Source: a virus
IMG/VR virus record: IMGVR_UViG_3300008952_000012
Coordinates: 1-64,000 of that record
Reading direction: 5' to 3' (one strand)
Length of the DNA: 64,000 bases
Shown here: one piece after another, positions 41,471 through 51,800 of the stretch
Layout of the letters: each line of letters opens with the position of its first letter
How positions within the stretch are numbered: position 1 is the first letter of the stretch
Notes under the pieces: model-generated
Seen by the model: the letters and a program-made list of their open reading frames with translations, nothing else
The model's database searches: none
Told to the model about the DNA's origin: nothing
Translations under genes and position numbers: made by a program

Positions 41471-44429
41471 ATACACAGCCGAAGAGTTCGAGAAGAGTGT
41501 TGAGAGTATCTCCTCCTCTCTACAGGGCGTTGTTAGGGGAACAACCCAGTCAGCAGACGACATAGTAGACAGCGTAAAAGACTTCATTTTCCGAACGCTT
41601 AATTCAGACATTGATTCTGTATACGCGCTTATATTCCTCCTTAGAAACAAGGAAGTAATTACCTGCACAGAGGCATTGGTTGATTCAGAGAAGGTTTTTG
41701 ACCTTTTGCCTTCCGCGCTATCAGAGGAAGCGAGTGCCGACCAAGACGCCATCAATAAAATAAACGACCTGATGGAGGAGATAGCTTTCGCCCCAGCGGG
41801 TATACGTGAAGAGCTTGTTGCCGAACTACAGAAGCAAACGGCGAAAATGGTTCAGGGAAATAAGACGTCTACGGGTAAGGCGCTTTTAGGAACGAGCAGA
41901 AGCGCTGCACAGGCCTCCATAAAGAGTATATGCCACGACCTGTCTATTATCGTTGAGTCAATCAAGATCAACGGGGATAACTTCTTGGAGGCTATCCGCT
42001 CCTACATGCTCGCTGATTTCGAGGACGTGTCGGCCAGCGTCCAAGCTAAAGATGCCCAAAAAGCCATCGAGGCGCACGCAGACGACGAAGATATTGATAC
42101 GCAACAACTACTTCTTGATGCTGCTGTCGCCACATCCCTGGTAACCCAGGCGTCCCAGGCAAAGCGGGACATAACGAAGCCTAAGTATGAGGGCGATGTT
42201 GTAACCCTTCCGGGTGCACAGGCTGAGCTTCTTGGGGGCACTGACCCGTTCATATTGCAGGATAGCGATGAGCTTTTAGCGTCTATGGAGATTGACGGAA
42301 CGACCGTTGCTAAGGTTGGGGCGAATCCGTCCACATACCCAACCCACACACGAACATGGGACAACTCACTTAAGATTAGGACCGATAGCGGCCTTTTCTA
42401 CGACAACGGGACAAACGAACTAGACGATACGCTACTCAGCGATGAAACTACCAGCCTAGGGATTAGGCCCGCGCTTCTTAAGTACATTATCAAACCGGCT
42501 ACCTTGGAGGGTTCGGTTCTCTGGGTACCTCAGCCTGGGAGCGGCTCTCCGCCCACTATCATGGAGTTGAGGGACATACCCGGCCCGGACTACCCATATG
42601 GGGGTGGCGTTATCGAGTGGAAAGAAAAAGCAGATCCACTTGGGAACTGGGGTGCTTTTGGCCACATTGACTACGCTGCTGGGGTTCTTTCCCTAAATAA
42701 CGACTTTGGGGGAGACGGTGTCGGTGACCAAACGCTCACTGGGGCGATCTACATCACCTATAAGTATTATCCACTAGGGGACTTGGTGTTTAGGGCCGGG
42801 ACAGTCACCGAGTACGTTCCTCCGCCCTACCCAACACAAACGTACGCCAGAAAGGTAGAGCTACCTTTCGGAAACCTAGCGTACGCCGCCCACAACCGCC
42901 CTGTCACTCGGGTGCCGGATCTTGCGAATATTTCGGTCCCGGTGTCTACACCATTAGATTACGCCACCGCCCTACAGGACGGGAGTTGGCTTGACCCCCA
43001 ACACGAGGAAATGGGGGAGTATATGAAATGGGGCGCAACAGCGGATAGCTTCTCCACCAAACTACACAGAAACGGGTCCGCGCATAGGCTTTCTTATCCA
43101 TCTAGCGCAGCGCTACCACCGCTTGTGTGGAACACGGGGCCGCTAGGAGATACCTTCACAGCCCCTCCTGGGTCCATGAACATGATACTTGGGCTCTTTC
43201 ATGAGAAGACTGGGGACATCTTTGGCGGAGACACGCAGGCCAACACCCTCACGCCGCTTGGGCCTATTGATCTCGATGTCCCACAAGGACCGCTTCTAAT
43301 AGACGGAAACAGTGTTTTTGAGACAAGTGAGTCTGGGGTAGGCACGCATACGGACGCCCTGGACGGCTCTGGGAACCCAACGCTTAACGGGTATTTCCCG
43401 GTGAACACCGATGGCCTTGAGGTGGGCGACGATGTTTATGACTCGGTAACCCAATCTCATGCAAAGATTATTGCCATAGGGGTTGATGCCGAAAACACAA
43501 CCCAAACAGACGGGGTGATCATTTTTCCAGCGTTCCCAAGGCCCATAATCGCTTCCGGGACCGGGGGGATTGAGCCCACCAGCACACACAAGACCCAGTT
43601 TAGTAGGCACAGGGTACGGGTAAGTTCTCAGGCAAATGATGCCAGTAGCTCTATTTCAGTGACATTCTCAGCGCTCGGCTTCCCTCTCGGCCCTCCAGCC
43701 TTGGGAAGTTCTTTGGCGATCTCGCTCGGAAAGACCGTTGACCTTGATAATGTGGTCACAGATCCGGGGTACAACATAAAGCCTGGGGACGTTGTCCTGG
43801 AGAAGACTCTTGGAGCATCACGACCCATAGGGAGGGTGGAGACTGTAAACGGTAATAGGATTACCATCGTAATAGAGCCGAAGGGAATTTCACACGATTA
43901 CCCGTTCACGTCCCTAACCATTGTCGCGCTCGGGTGGCAAAAGCATGTGAAGCTAAGCGCCCAGCTTCGTAAGTCACTGGATTTGCTCAAAAAAATTTCG
44001 TCTAAAGACATAGTAGCACTAGCTAATACCGTAGCTTCATCCGGGTCCGGTCAGGGGCAGTTCACCCAACTTATGGGTGATGTTGTTGCTGCCGTTGCCG
44101 GTATTAGAAATGCTTACCTTCTGTATGACGCCCACACCGTAAACACGGTTAGTAAGCTCATGACTTTTTTGAAGCAGGAGAAAATGACCGTCCTGCACGA
44201 TCTTTTGATTACCGGACAGTTTTCCCAGGTGCCAGATGTGGACCCTGAGCAGGTTTCCTCCAAAGGGGACGTCGAAGGGATGCTCGCTATTGCTTCTGAC
44301 CTATATGGACAGCAGGCAGACTTTGTTGAGATTACTCGCGGATACGACCCGCTAGCCGACTTTACTAACAGAGGCAAGGAGCCAAATGTAGAGATTCAGG
44401 AGCTTCCAGATGTTGACATTATCCCGTAG
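41460..44429 (+). CDS. Large tail/baseplate structural protein (about 990 aa)
   Basis: Helical termini, beta-rich middle with G.IDY..G.L.L motif; ATG 41460 with GGAG RBS. Confidence 0.65.
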   Translation: MTGKYTAEEFEKSVESISSSLQGVVRGTTQSADDIVDSVKDFIFRTLNSDIDSVYALIFLLRNKEVITCTEALVDSEKVFDLLPSALSEEASADQDAINKINDLMEEIAFAPAGIREELVAELQKQTAKMVQGNKTSTGKALLGTSRSAAQASIKSICHDLSIIVESIKINGDNFLEAIRSYMLADFEDVSASVQAKDAQKAIEAHADDEDIDTQQLLLDAAVATSLVTQASQAKRDITKPKYEGDVVTLPGAQAELLGGTDPFILQDSDELLASMEIDGTTVAKVGANPSTYPTHTRTWDNSLKIRTDSGLFYDNGTNELDDTLLSDETTSLGIRPALLKYIIKPATLEGSVLWVPQPGSGSPPTIMELRDIPGPDYPYGGGVIEWKEKADPLGNWGAFGHIDYAAGVLSLNNDFGGDGVGDQTLTGAIYITYKYYPLGDLVFRAGTVTEYVPPPYPTQTYARKVELPFGNLAYAAHNRPVTRVPDLANISVPVSTPLDYATALQDGSWLDPQHEEMGEYMKWGATADSFSTKLHRNGSAHRLSYPSSAALPPLVWNTGPLGDTFTAPPGSMNMILGLFHEKTGDIFGGDTQANTLTPLGPIDLDVPQGPLLIDGNSVFETSESGVGTHTDALDGSGNPTLNGYFPVNTDGLEVGDDVYDSVTQSHAKIIAIGVDAENTTQTDGVIIFPAFPRPIIASGTGGIEPTSTHKTQFSRHRVRVSSQANDASSSISVTFSALGFPLGPPALGSSLAISLGKTVDLDNVVTDPGYNIKPGDVVLEKTLGASRPIGRVETVNGNRITIVIEPKGISHDYPFTSLTIVALGWQKHVKLSAQLRKSLDLLKKISSKDIVALANTVASSGSGQGQFTQLMGDVVAAVAGIRNAYLLYDAHTVNTVSKLMTFLKQEKMTVLHDLLITGQFSQVPDVDPEQVSSKGDVEGMLAIASDLYGQQADFVEITRGYDPLADFTNRGKEPNVEIQELPDVDIIP

Positions 44430-44449
44430 ATTTGTGCTTGAGGTGATTT

Positions 44450-44854
44450 ATGGCCGATGATCCATTAGAAGGTGCTGACCAACAAGTAGCCTTGGCTGGA
44501 AAAGCAAAGGACTATAAGGCGCAGGCAAAGATAGCTGCGATCATGGAGGAAGCCCTTAGTATTATTCGTTCTACGGCACGTACTAACGATTATTTTGTGG
44601 GATACTCGTTAACGGAAGCGATAACTGAGAGGTTACAAGCAATTGGTCTAGAGGCGGACGATAAAGAGGAGAACAAATTTGTTCCAGGGACTTTGGCAGA
44701 ACGCACCCAGATTTCGCAGGTTAATCACCTGTGGGCCCTCCTGCTCGGAGAGGATGAGGCTGGGTCAGCAGATAATGGTGGAGCCATAGGCAAGGCCCTT
44801 AACACGGGCGATATAAACGACCTTAAATGGGAAGATGATGAGGGAGAGGACTAA
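44450..44854 (+). CDS. Hypothetical acidic protein
   Basis: GAGGT RBS; operon position. Confidence 0.65.
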   Translation: MADDPLEGADQQVALAGKAKDYKAQAKIAAIMEEALSIIRSTARTNDYFVGYSLTEAITERLQAIGLEADDKEENKFVPGTLAERTQISQVNHLWALLLGEDEAGSADNGGAIGKALNTGDINDLKWEDDEGED

Positions 44855-44857
44855 AGC

Positions 44858-45865
44858 GTGAAGGACTTGCAGGCCATATACGTCAGGGACGTTGCGGAAC
44901 TAGACGATATCGAGATCGCATCTATGGTGCGAATCGAGGAGGTTGATGTTTCAGCAATCGCTGATGTGCGGCTAAATGGGGTATCAGCCAAGTTTTTCCC
45001 GCTTGGAATGACTACGCTTATGGTTGCGATACCGGCCTCGTTCTCCGATTACCAGAATCTCGAAAGCAATCACCCTGGGTACGTGGCCCAGTCTATCAAC
45101 AATATCCGTATTATACGGAAATATACTGGCACAGATGGGATTGAGCGCGAGCACGGGGAAGTGATTGCGTGGGCTGAAGGGAACACGATTGACTCAAAAG
45201 CCCCATCTGGATCAAAGAGGGTAACCCTAGACGGGGGCGTTCTAAGGCTGTACGGCAAGGGCTTTGATCAGGCAGTTCGGGTTTTAGTGAACAACAAAGA
45301 CCAACCGTTTCTTGTTGAGGGTACTGGTGGCACCCTTCTAACGGCGATACCCGAAAAAGACCTGACCTTAGAGAGTGTAGATGTTATTACAACATCAAAG
45401 ACTGTTAATCGAATGACGTTTTTCGAGTATCTTCTTGGTCAGGAGATGCACACGGTTTCCGGGACTTTTAAGCTTGTCCAGCAATTCATAAAATTGCTGA
45501 TGACAACCCCAGGGACAGATATGTTCGGGGACAGGGGAATGGGCGGCAATATGCAGAATTGGGTGGGCCAAAAAGTCAACCTTAGGAACCCGCAGGGTCT
45601 TGTAGCAAAGACCGTTTTAAATATCATAACACTTGGGACAAAAATGCAGGTTCAGCAGATATTAGCAAATGTACCGGCAACGGAGAGACTAAGCGATGTA
45701 ACTGTCTTAAATGCGTCATTGTCGCCAAACGACCCAAGTATTATGGAATTATCAATCAAGTTGAACACGTATGCTGGACGGCAAGCGTTTTTTAGCCTCC
45801 TTATTGGTCAGGCTCAAAATGCAATTGAGGACGCCTCTGCCGCACAAAGCAGCGGGCTTTTTTAG
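44858..45865 (+). CDS. IPT/TIG-like + gp25-like baseplate wedge protein
   Basis: LRLYGKGF..VRVLVN (TIG-like); KLVQQFIKLLMTTPGT...G.GGN..., ERL..V.V...LSIKL (gp25-like); precedes baseplate J. Confidence 0.7.
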   Translation: MKDLQAIYVRDVAELDDIEIASMVRIEEVDVSAIADVRLNGVSAKFFPLGMTTLMVAIPASFSDYQNLESNHPGYVAQSINNIRIIRKYTGTDGIEREHGEVIAWAEGNTIDSKAPSGSKRVTLDGGVLRLYGKGFDQAVRVLVNNKDQPFLVEGTGGTLLTAIPEKDLTLESVDVITTSKTVNRMTFFEYLLGQEMHTVSGTFKLVQQFIKLLMTTPGTDMFGDRGMGGNMQNWVGQKVNLRNPQGLVAKTVLNIITLGTKMQVQQILANVPATERLSDVTVLNASLSPNDPSIMELSIKLNTYAGRQAFFSLLIGQAQNAIEDASAAQSSGLF

Positions 45866-45878
45866 TAGGTAAGAAATT

Positions 45879-48800
45879 ATGGCCACTGAAAATCTAAAAC
45901 GATTTATGACCGAGCGGCTGCTCGACCTTGACCCAACCCTAAGTGATCAGGCTGGCTCCCTGATGTTCACGAAAGTGATCGATCCACTGGTAGCAAGGCT
46001 CGGCGTTGACCCGCTAGGCGTCGATATCGGCACGTTTATTCTTGCCAGACTTCAGGAAGAATTCCCGGAACTTGACGTAAATTCCCCCGGCTCGGTCCTT
46101 AAAGACGTATTAGTCGCCCCGCTTGCTCTGATTCTTGAGCCCCTTAGAAGAGAAATCTTCTTCCTAAGAACCCAGAACTCTCTTGCAGATGCTACCGCCC
46201 TCTCTGAGCCAGAGATGGACGCCCTCTTATCGAACATTCTCTCCGAGAGGCTTAATGGAGCTAATGCCCTTGGGAATGTTCGGGTGTACTTTAATAGCGC
46301 TAAGACGGTGGGAGTAGATAGCTCTATCATCTTCTCTACTGCCGATGGGATTAATTTCACCCCCACGAGCCCCTCAACATACTTCCCAGAGAACTTCACC
46401 AGATCGGGCAACCACTGGTACATAGACATCAGCGTAAGATCGATGGAAGCAACCATCGAAGCGAACGTACCAAAGAACTCGATTAAGTTTGTAAACGGCC
46501 TGGATAACGTAGCTAGGGTAACGAACAGTGTTGGATTCAGTGGAGGCATAACTGAAGAGACGAACGAGGAGTTTCTGGCTAGGGCGGAACGTAGCCTATC
46601 CGAAAGGTCTCTGAATACTGAGCGCGGTATTGAGACGGACCTCTTCAACAAGTTTTCGGACATTACGTCTATTCGGGTCATTGGGCACGGCGAACCTGAG
46701 ATGCAGCGGGACATACTCGAAGCCGAATGCAACCGCGATGTAACCGAAACTCTCGGACCACTGATTTACATGTCAGCAGACTGGGCCACCCGAGAAGTGA
46801 TTAGCGGGAACATTACCGCGATGGGCGCTGTAGCCCCTATGATGGAGAACGGGTTTCCGTTCACGAATACGATTGTTTTCAATGCTCCACCCGGCGGATG
46901 GGACATTGACCTGAAGACGAAGATGCTCAAAGCGAAGTATCTCAGGGTTTCAGACGGGAACCAGTACTACCACAACACGATGTTGAATCGCGTGCGCGTG
47001 ATCGATGAGATCAAAGAGCACATGAGCGGCGACATCTATGTTCGCACAAAAGACTTCGAGGTGTTTCCTCCTCCTGCTGACATCTTCTCTGAGGGTACAA
47101 GCGTCTCTGTTTCAGGGCGCACAGATGGTCCTCATCACGGACTAAATAAGCATTCGTGGCAGGGCTCCGACTTTAAGATGATTGGCGGAGGGGATGATGC
47201 CCTCGATTACGTAACTGGGGCCCACCTTCCGTTCACTGATCATATCGATACTGAGTTTGATTTCGTAGACGTTCCTGGGTCCGTTATCGCTGGGCGCGAC
47301 TTCTTGGTTGTTGTTAGTCGGGGGAAATTCGACGACGACATGGACCCCGTGGACGCCAATACGGAGTGGTCCAAGAAGATCATGACGTTCCCACTTCTTA
47401 AGCACTTCGGGCATGAAGATCTTGGGGTCGGAAGATCTGACGGATTCCTCGTAAGCAAAGATCGTATTCTCTACAAAGGGGAAGCGAACTTTGAGTACGA
47501 GCCAAACCTTGAGTACTCAGGCCTCAGGGAACACACGCACATTAGAGATTTCGGTGGACCAAAGCTGTCTGACTGGGAAGAGGACGACGCCCAGGACATT
47601 GTTTGGGGCGGCATTGACAAAGAAGACTATGGTCGCCGTCCCGGCGTAGCCATTGAGGGCAAGAAAGTAAACCAGCTTGGGATGGATTCAGCCCCGACCT
47701 CTTTAGAGATTTCGGACAATGGGAACGCCGAACCTCAAGAGTGTGACATTATACTCAATCAATCACAGACACCGTGGTCGGCACGTGGGATTCAAGAGGG
47801 AGACTACGTTGCTTGCACAGTGTACGCGGAAACCTATGGCGGTGACCCATACAAAGGTAAGCTTACCGATGCAGATGAAGCTATGCTTTGGCATGCGTGG
47901 GGCCGCATCAAAAAGGTAGGCTTCGGTAGCCCGTGGCGTCTTAGAGTAGAAGGTCTAGACTGGCGACCCCTGCATACCGGAAAACTACTTGAGTTCTCTC
48001 CGGTGGCGCGTGCGGAGGTCACTATCCACGAACCTCTGGAGCATCTAGGGTTCGACACAGACCAGCTACTAGAAGAGCCTATGGGCGTACCCGGGGAGGA
48101 GACTAGATATCTTTTCGGGAAGGTCGAATGGTTTAGCGGGTCACCCGGCAGTTGGCGAAACTACCCATTCGGGCCGGTCGCTGAGCCGGAGGCTTACTTT
48201 CCGGGAACCGCCTACGATTTCAAGAAAGCAGGCTGCACCAGAGACGCTTGGCAACAAGAGGGCACTCAGGGTGGGTACAAAACTAATATCGACCAAGCGG
48301 CCCTAGGGAACGTACTATACAACGCGTCCACCGTTATTGGGACCACGGTGGATTTACACTTTAAGATCCTTGGTCACGGGCGCGGCGACGGGACTATGCC
48401 CCCTCCACCAGGAACCCCGTATGCACAGATTAGGGATGATTACACTATAATAGTTCCGTGGGATGCCGCCTTTGCCCCAGCCTCCAACTCCACAGCGGAT
48501 AAGGGGATCGCAGCTAAGAACTTGATGATAGCCTTTAGGGATCTTGTGAACGAAGGGTCTCACCCGCACCACATCGATACTTTAGCGGTTCCCGCTAACC
48601 CAACTAGAACGTTCCCTGCGTACCTAGAATTTGACCCAATCGCTGATGCTGACCCAGTAGACCTTGCTGCCGGAACAGCCTTCGTTCAGTTCCATTTCCT
48701 ATCATTAATTTATCACGAGCTAGCCAACCAATGGGAAGTGTTTGGGGCCGCTGTGGACACGGCGGTGACTGACGCCTTTCCCGGCACAGGGTTCTTTACC

Positions 48801-51800
48801 AACATAACGTCGCTTGATATATCGGGAAATATTGGGGCAGGTGACACCGGAAAGCTGTTCGATAGCCCAGAAGCCGTATCACCAGGACAAAAAGCCACCG
48901 CTGCGGCTATCTGTGAGGCTATTAACGCCGCTTCCGGACAGGCCGTCTTTGACGGGTTTCTTGGCATGTCTGGGCTTCTAAAGGCATACTTAAAATACCC
49001 CTCCCAGGCCGCAGACGAACCCTGCACATTTATTGTTGAGTGCTTGGACCCGGTTACCGCCCTCCCCCCTGGCGGAAATGGGTGGACTGTCAGAGTTATC
49101 CCTGACGGGCACGCAACTCCGGTGCCTAGCCAGATAGAGCACCCTGTTTGGGACGGTGGGTACAATTACTCGTGGCCAATTAACGAAACTGGCTATCCGG
49201 AAGGAAACGTAAACGGTGGGTACATCGGAGGCTTTGGGGCCAGGAAGCAAGTAGTGGGCAAAGAGCCTGTTACTTGGCCACACGACGGATTCCCATCGGT
49301 TCCCGTTTTTGACTTCAATCATCCAGACTCGAAACCTGTTCCCGCCCTCACCGGCACCGTCGCCGGTAGCGACACAGACGATTACTGGGGCGTGGTTGAT
49401 CAGGAAGAACACCCAGACCACGCTACCCCGTACGAAGAACTCGGGAGCGTTGTGGCGTCCGGGGGGAGCGCTACAGACTCGCCCCCAACCTATGACGCTG
49501 GTACAAACATCTTCGTATTTAGGCTTAATAATGTACCGGCAGCAGAACCAACAAACTCAACAGATAGTCCTATGCTTAGGATTGTTATGGAAGTCGAGCT
49601 TCCTGGGCCAGCCGAGTCTACAAGTAGCTCCTTACCGATAGGTACAAAGTACCCAGAAACGAAGACGTATAAGCTCTTGTTCACTGACGACGGTAACGGG
49701 AACATCGTATACGACCCGGCCTGGGTGCTTCCTTCTGACGACTACGACCCCGCCAACCCTGACGACCACCCGCACGGGAATGTGCAGGCCGCTTTGGGCG
49801 ACTGGCTTGATACGGCAAACAGCAAGATAAACTATACGACTGGGGAAATCAGGCTGGCGTTCAAGGAAGACTTTGAACTTAGTTGGCCGAACTGGAGTAA
49901 CCCCAACGCCGACTGGGGCGGAACACCGGGGGACACCTTTGAGTGGCCGCCTGGATATGACCCGCTAGGTCCGCCGAGGGGATACACTTTCCATCCAAAC
50001 TGGACCACCCTGGGCTCGGACCCAGCGCCATACAAGTACGATGGTGGAACCGTTCCGGTTCTCGAAAAGCCGCACGTAGCTGGTGAACTTCTTCATCCCG
50101 TGTTTTGGGCTGGGTATACCTACGTGAAAAACCCGTATCGGGCTTTCTATACGGTATATCGAGGCATGTCTGAACTGCTTACCCCGACTGGCGTGAACAC
50201 GCCTTCTTACGATGAGTTTGCGTTCCTACCCGCGCATAGAAGACCAAACCCAGTTCCTCATGGCTACCCCGCCCATGAGCCAATCCACACCACCATGCCT
50301 AGTGGATATTACGGAGACATGTGGGAAAGCGAGAGCTTGGGCAACAACAGGATCTTTTCGAACTTTGGGTTTGATGACACAGCAAACGAAGTCCGCATGG
50401 TTTGGATTAGACTTGGGAAGCCCTTCAACGTAGTTCATCCAAGTATCGGCGGAACGCCATCTGAGAAATGCTTTACGGCAGAGCTTGTGGATCTCGATGG
50501 TGCGCAGGATGACATCACGGCACTTGGCGTGCCGCAGGAACCAGAGTACTCCGGCTATACCAAAAACCGCTATCGCCATTACATACCAAAAGAGATCGCC
50601 GGGAACCCAAACCCAGACGCTTTGGACATAGACGATGACGGTACGACTACGGACGTAATGGTACAGCCAACCAGCCTTCCGCTTGTCGGGGGCAGCACGA
50701 GTATTGACGACGTAGACAAAGAGTATCCGGATTTAGATTTTACGGATAAACCTGAGCCTAACGAAAAGGGCTTGTCAGGATTCCTAATTCCGTATCCGAT
50801 GGGCAACAACTACGACATGCTTAACATGCCGTTTGGCTCCTCGATGAATAAACCGATGTCAGACGTGGACCTCCTTGAGCACCAAGTTGCTCACCTATAT
50901 GAGGGGTTCGACATGGCGGCAGAGGACTCGCTTTTAACTATTTCTGGCATTCCAGGCGGAACCCCGTTCCCGACTAGATTCGGCGTTCCTCTTGAGATCG
51001 TAAACAACCAAGTACATATCGGCGGTATGACGGATGTTTACCTCAAGCCGGGAGCTACTACGGAGGCCACGAGCGAGGAAATCAGAATCCAGCCAGAGGC
51101 CCCAGTTGTTCCTTACGTGGATGGTGGCGAGGTTGTCTTTGCTGGAAGCGACGGGAAGATCGATTGCTTGGACAACCCAGTACACTTCAACAGCCCGACA
51201 CTGCATGCGGAGTTAACGGCGTTGTTTGGGAGCAACCCCAGACCGCTGGATAACTTGGTTCTCGAAATACTAGACCCGCCGTCACCGGAGATACAGCCTA
51301 CATTCTTTAGAATCATCCACACGTTTTCCTCCATGACTAACTCTGGCGTCAAAATTGACGGGGAGTTTCCGGAGAGCTTGGGCCTTGGGTTTGATAACCT
51401 CCGGTTTAGGGTGATGAAGGAGTGCTCGACTAATCTTGTGGAGCCTCTCACCATACTGAAGCAAGGCGATGATTTAATCGTTCACGAGAACGAGATGTCT
51501 GCCTTTAGTCCCTCTGGGTACCAGTTTGGCGCAAACCCTGTAACTGCCGCTCTGTATCTACATATCGACTCGGAGATTAATTATGGGGAGTATCGCATTG
51601 AGGGGATTAACCTAAATACGCTCATCCTCACGACAGCTATTGATGAAGAGGGGACGAACCTAAAGTATAGAATCTACACCAAGCAGGGCACGGGCCTCGA
51701 CATGCCTATGGTTAGAGTTAAAAACGTTTCATTAGCCGGTGATAACGGGGGACTAGAAGTTCCTTACAAGCACCCGGTCGATGTCGTATCTAGCGACTTC

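Noticed and set aside
33926-46732. Long minus-strand ORFs (33926..34633, 37884..38603, 46052..46732) in the structural block
   Set aside because: Antisense to well-supported genes, with Ser/Phe/Leu-rich shadow composition.
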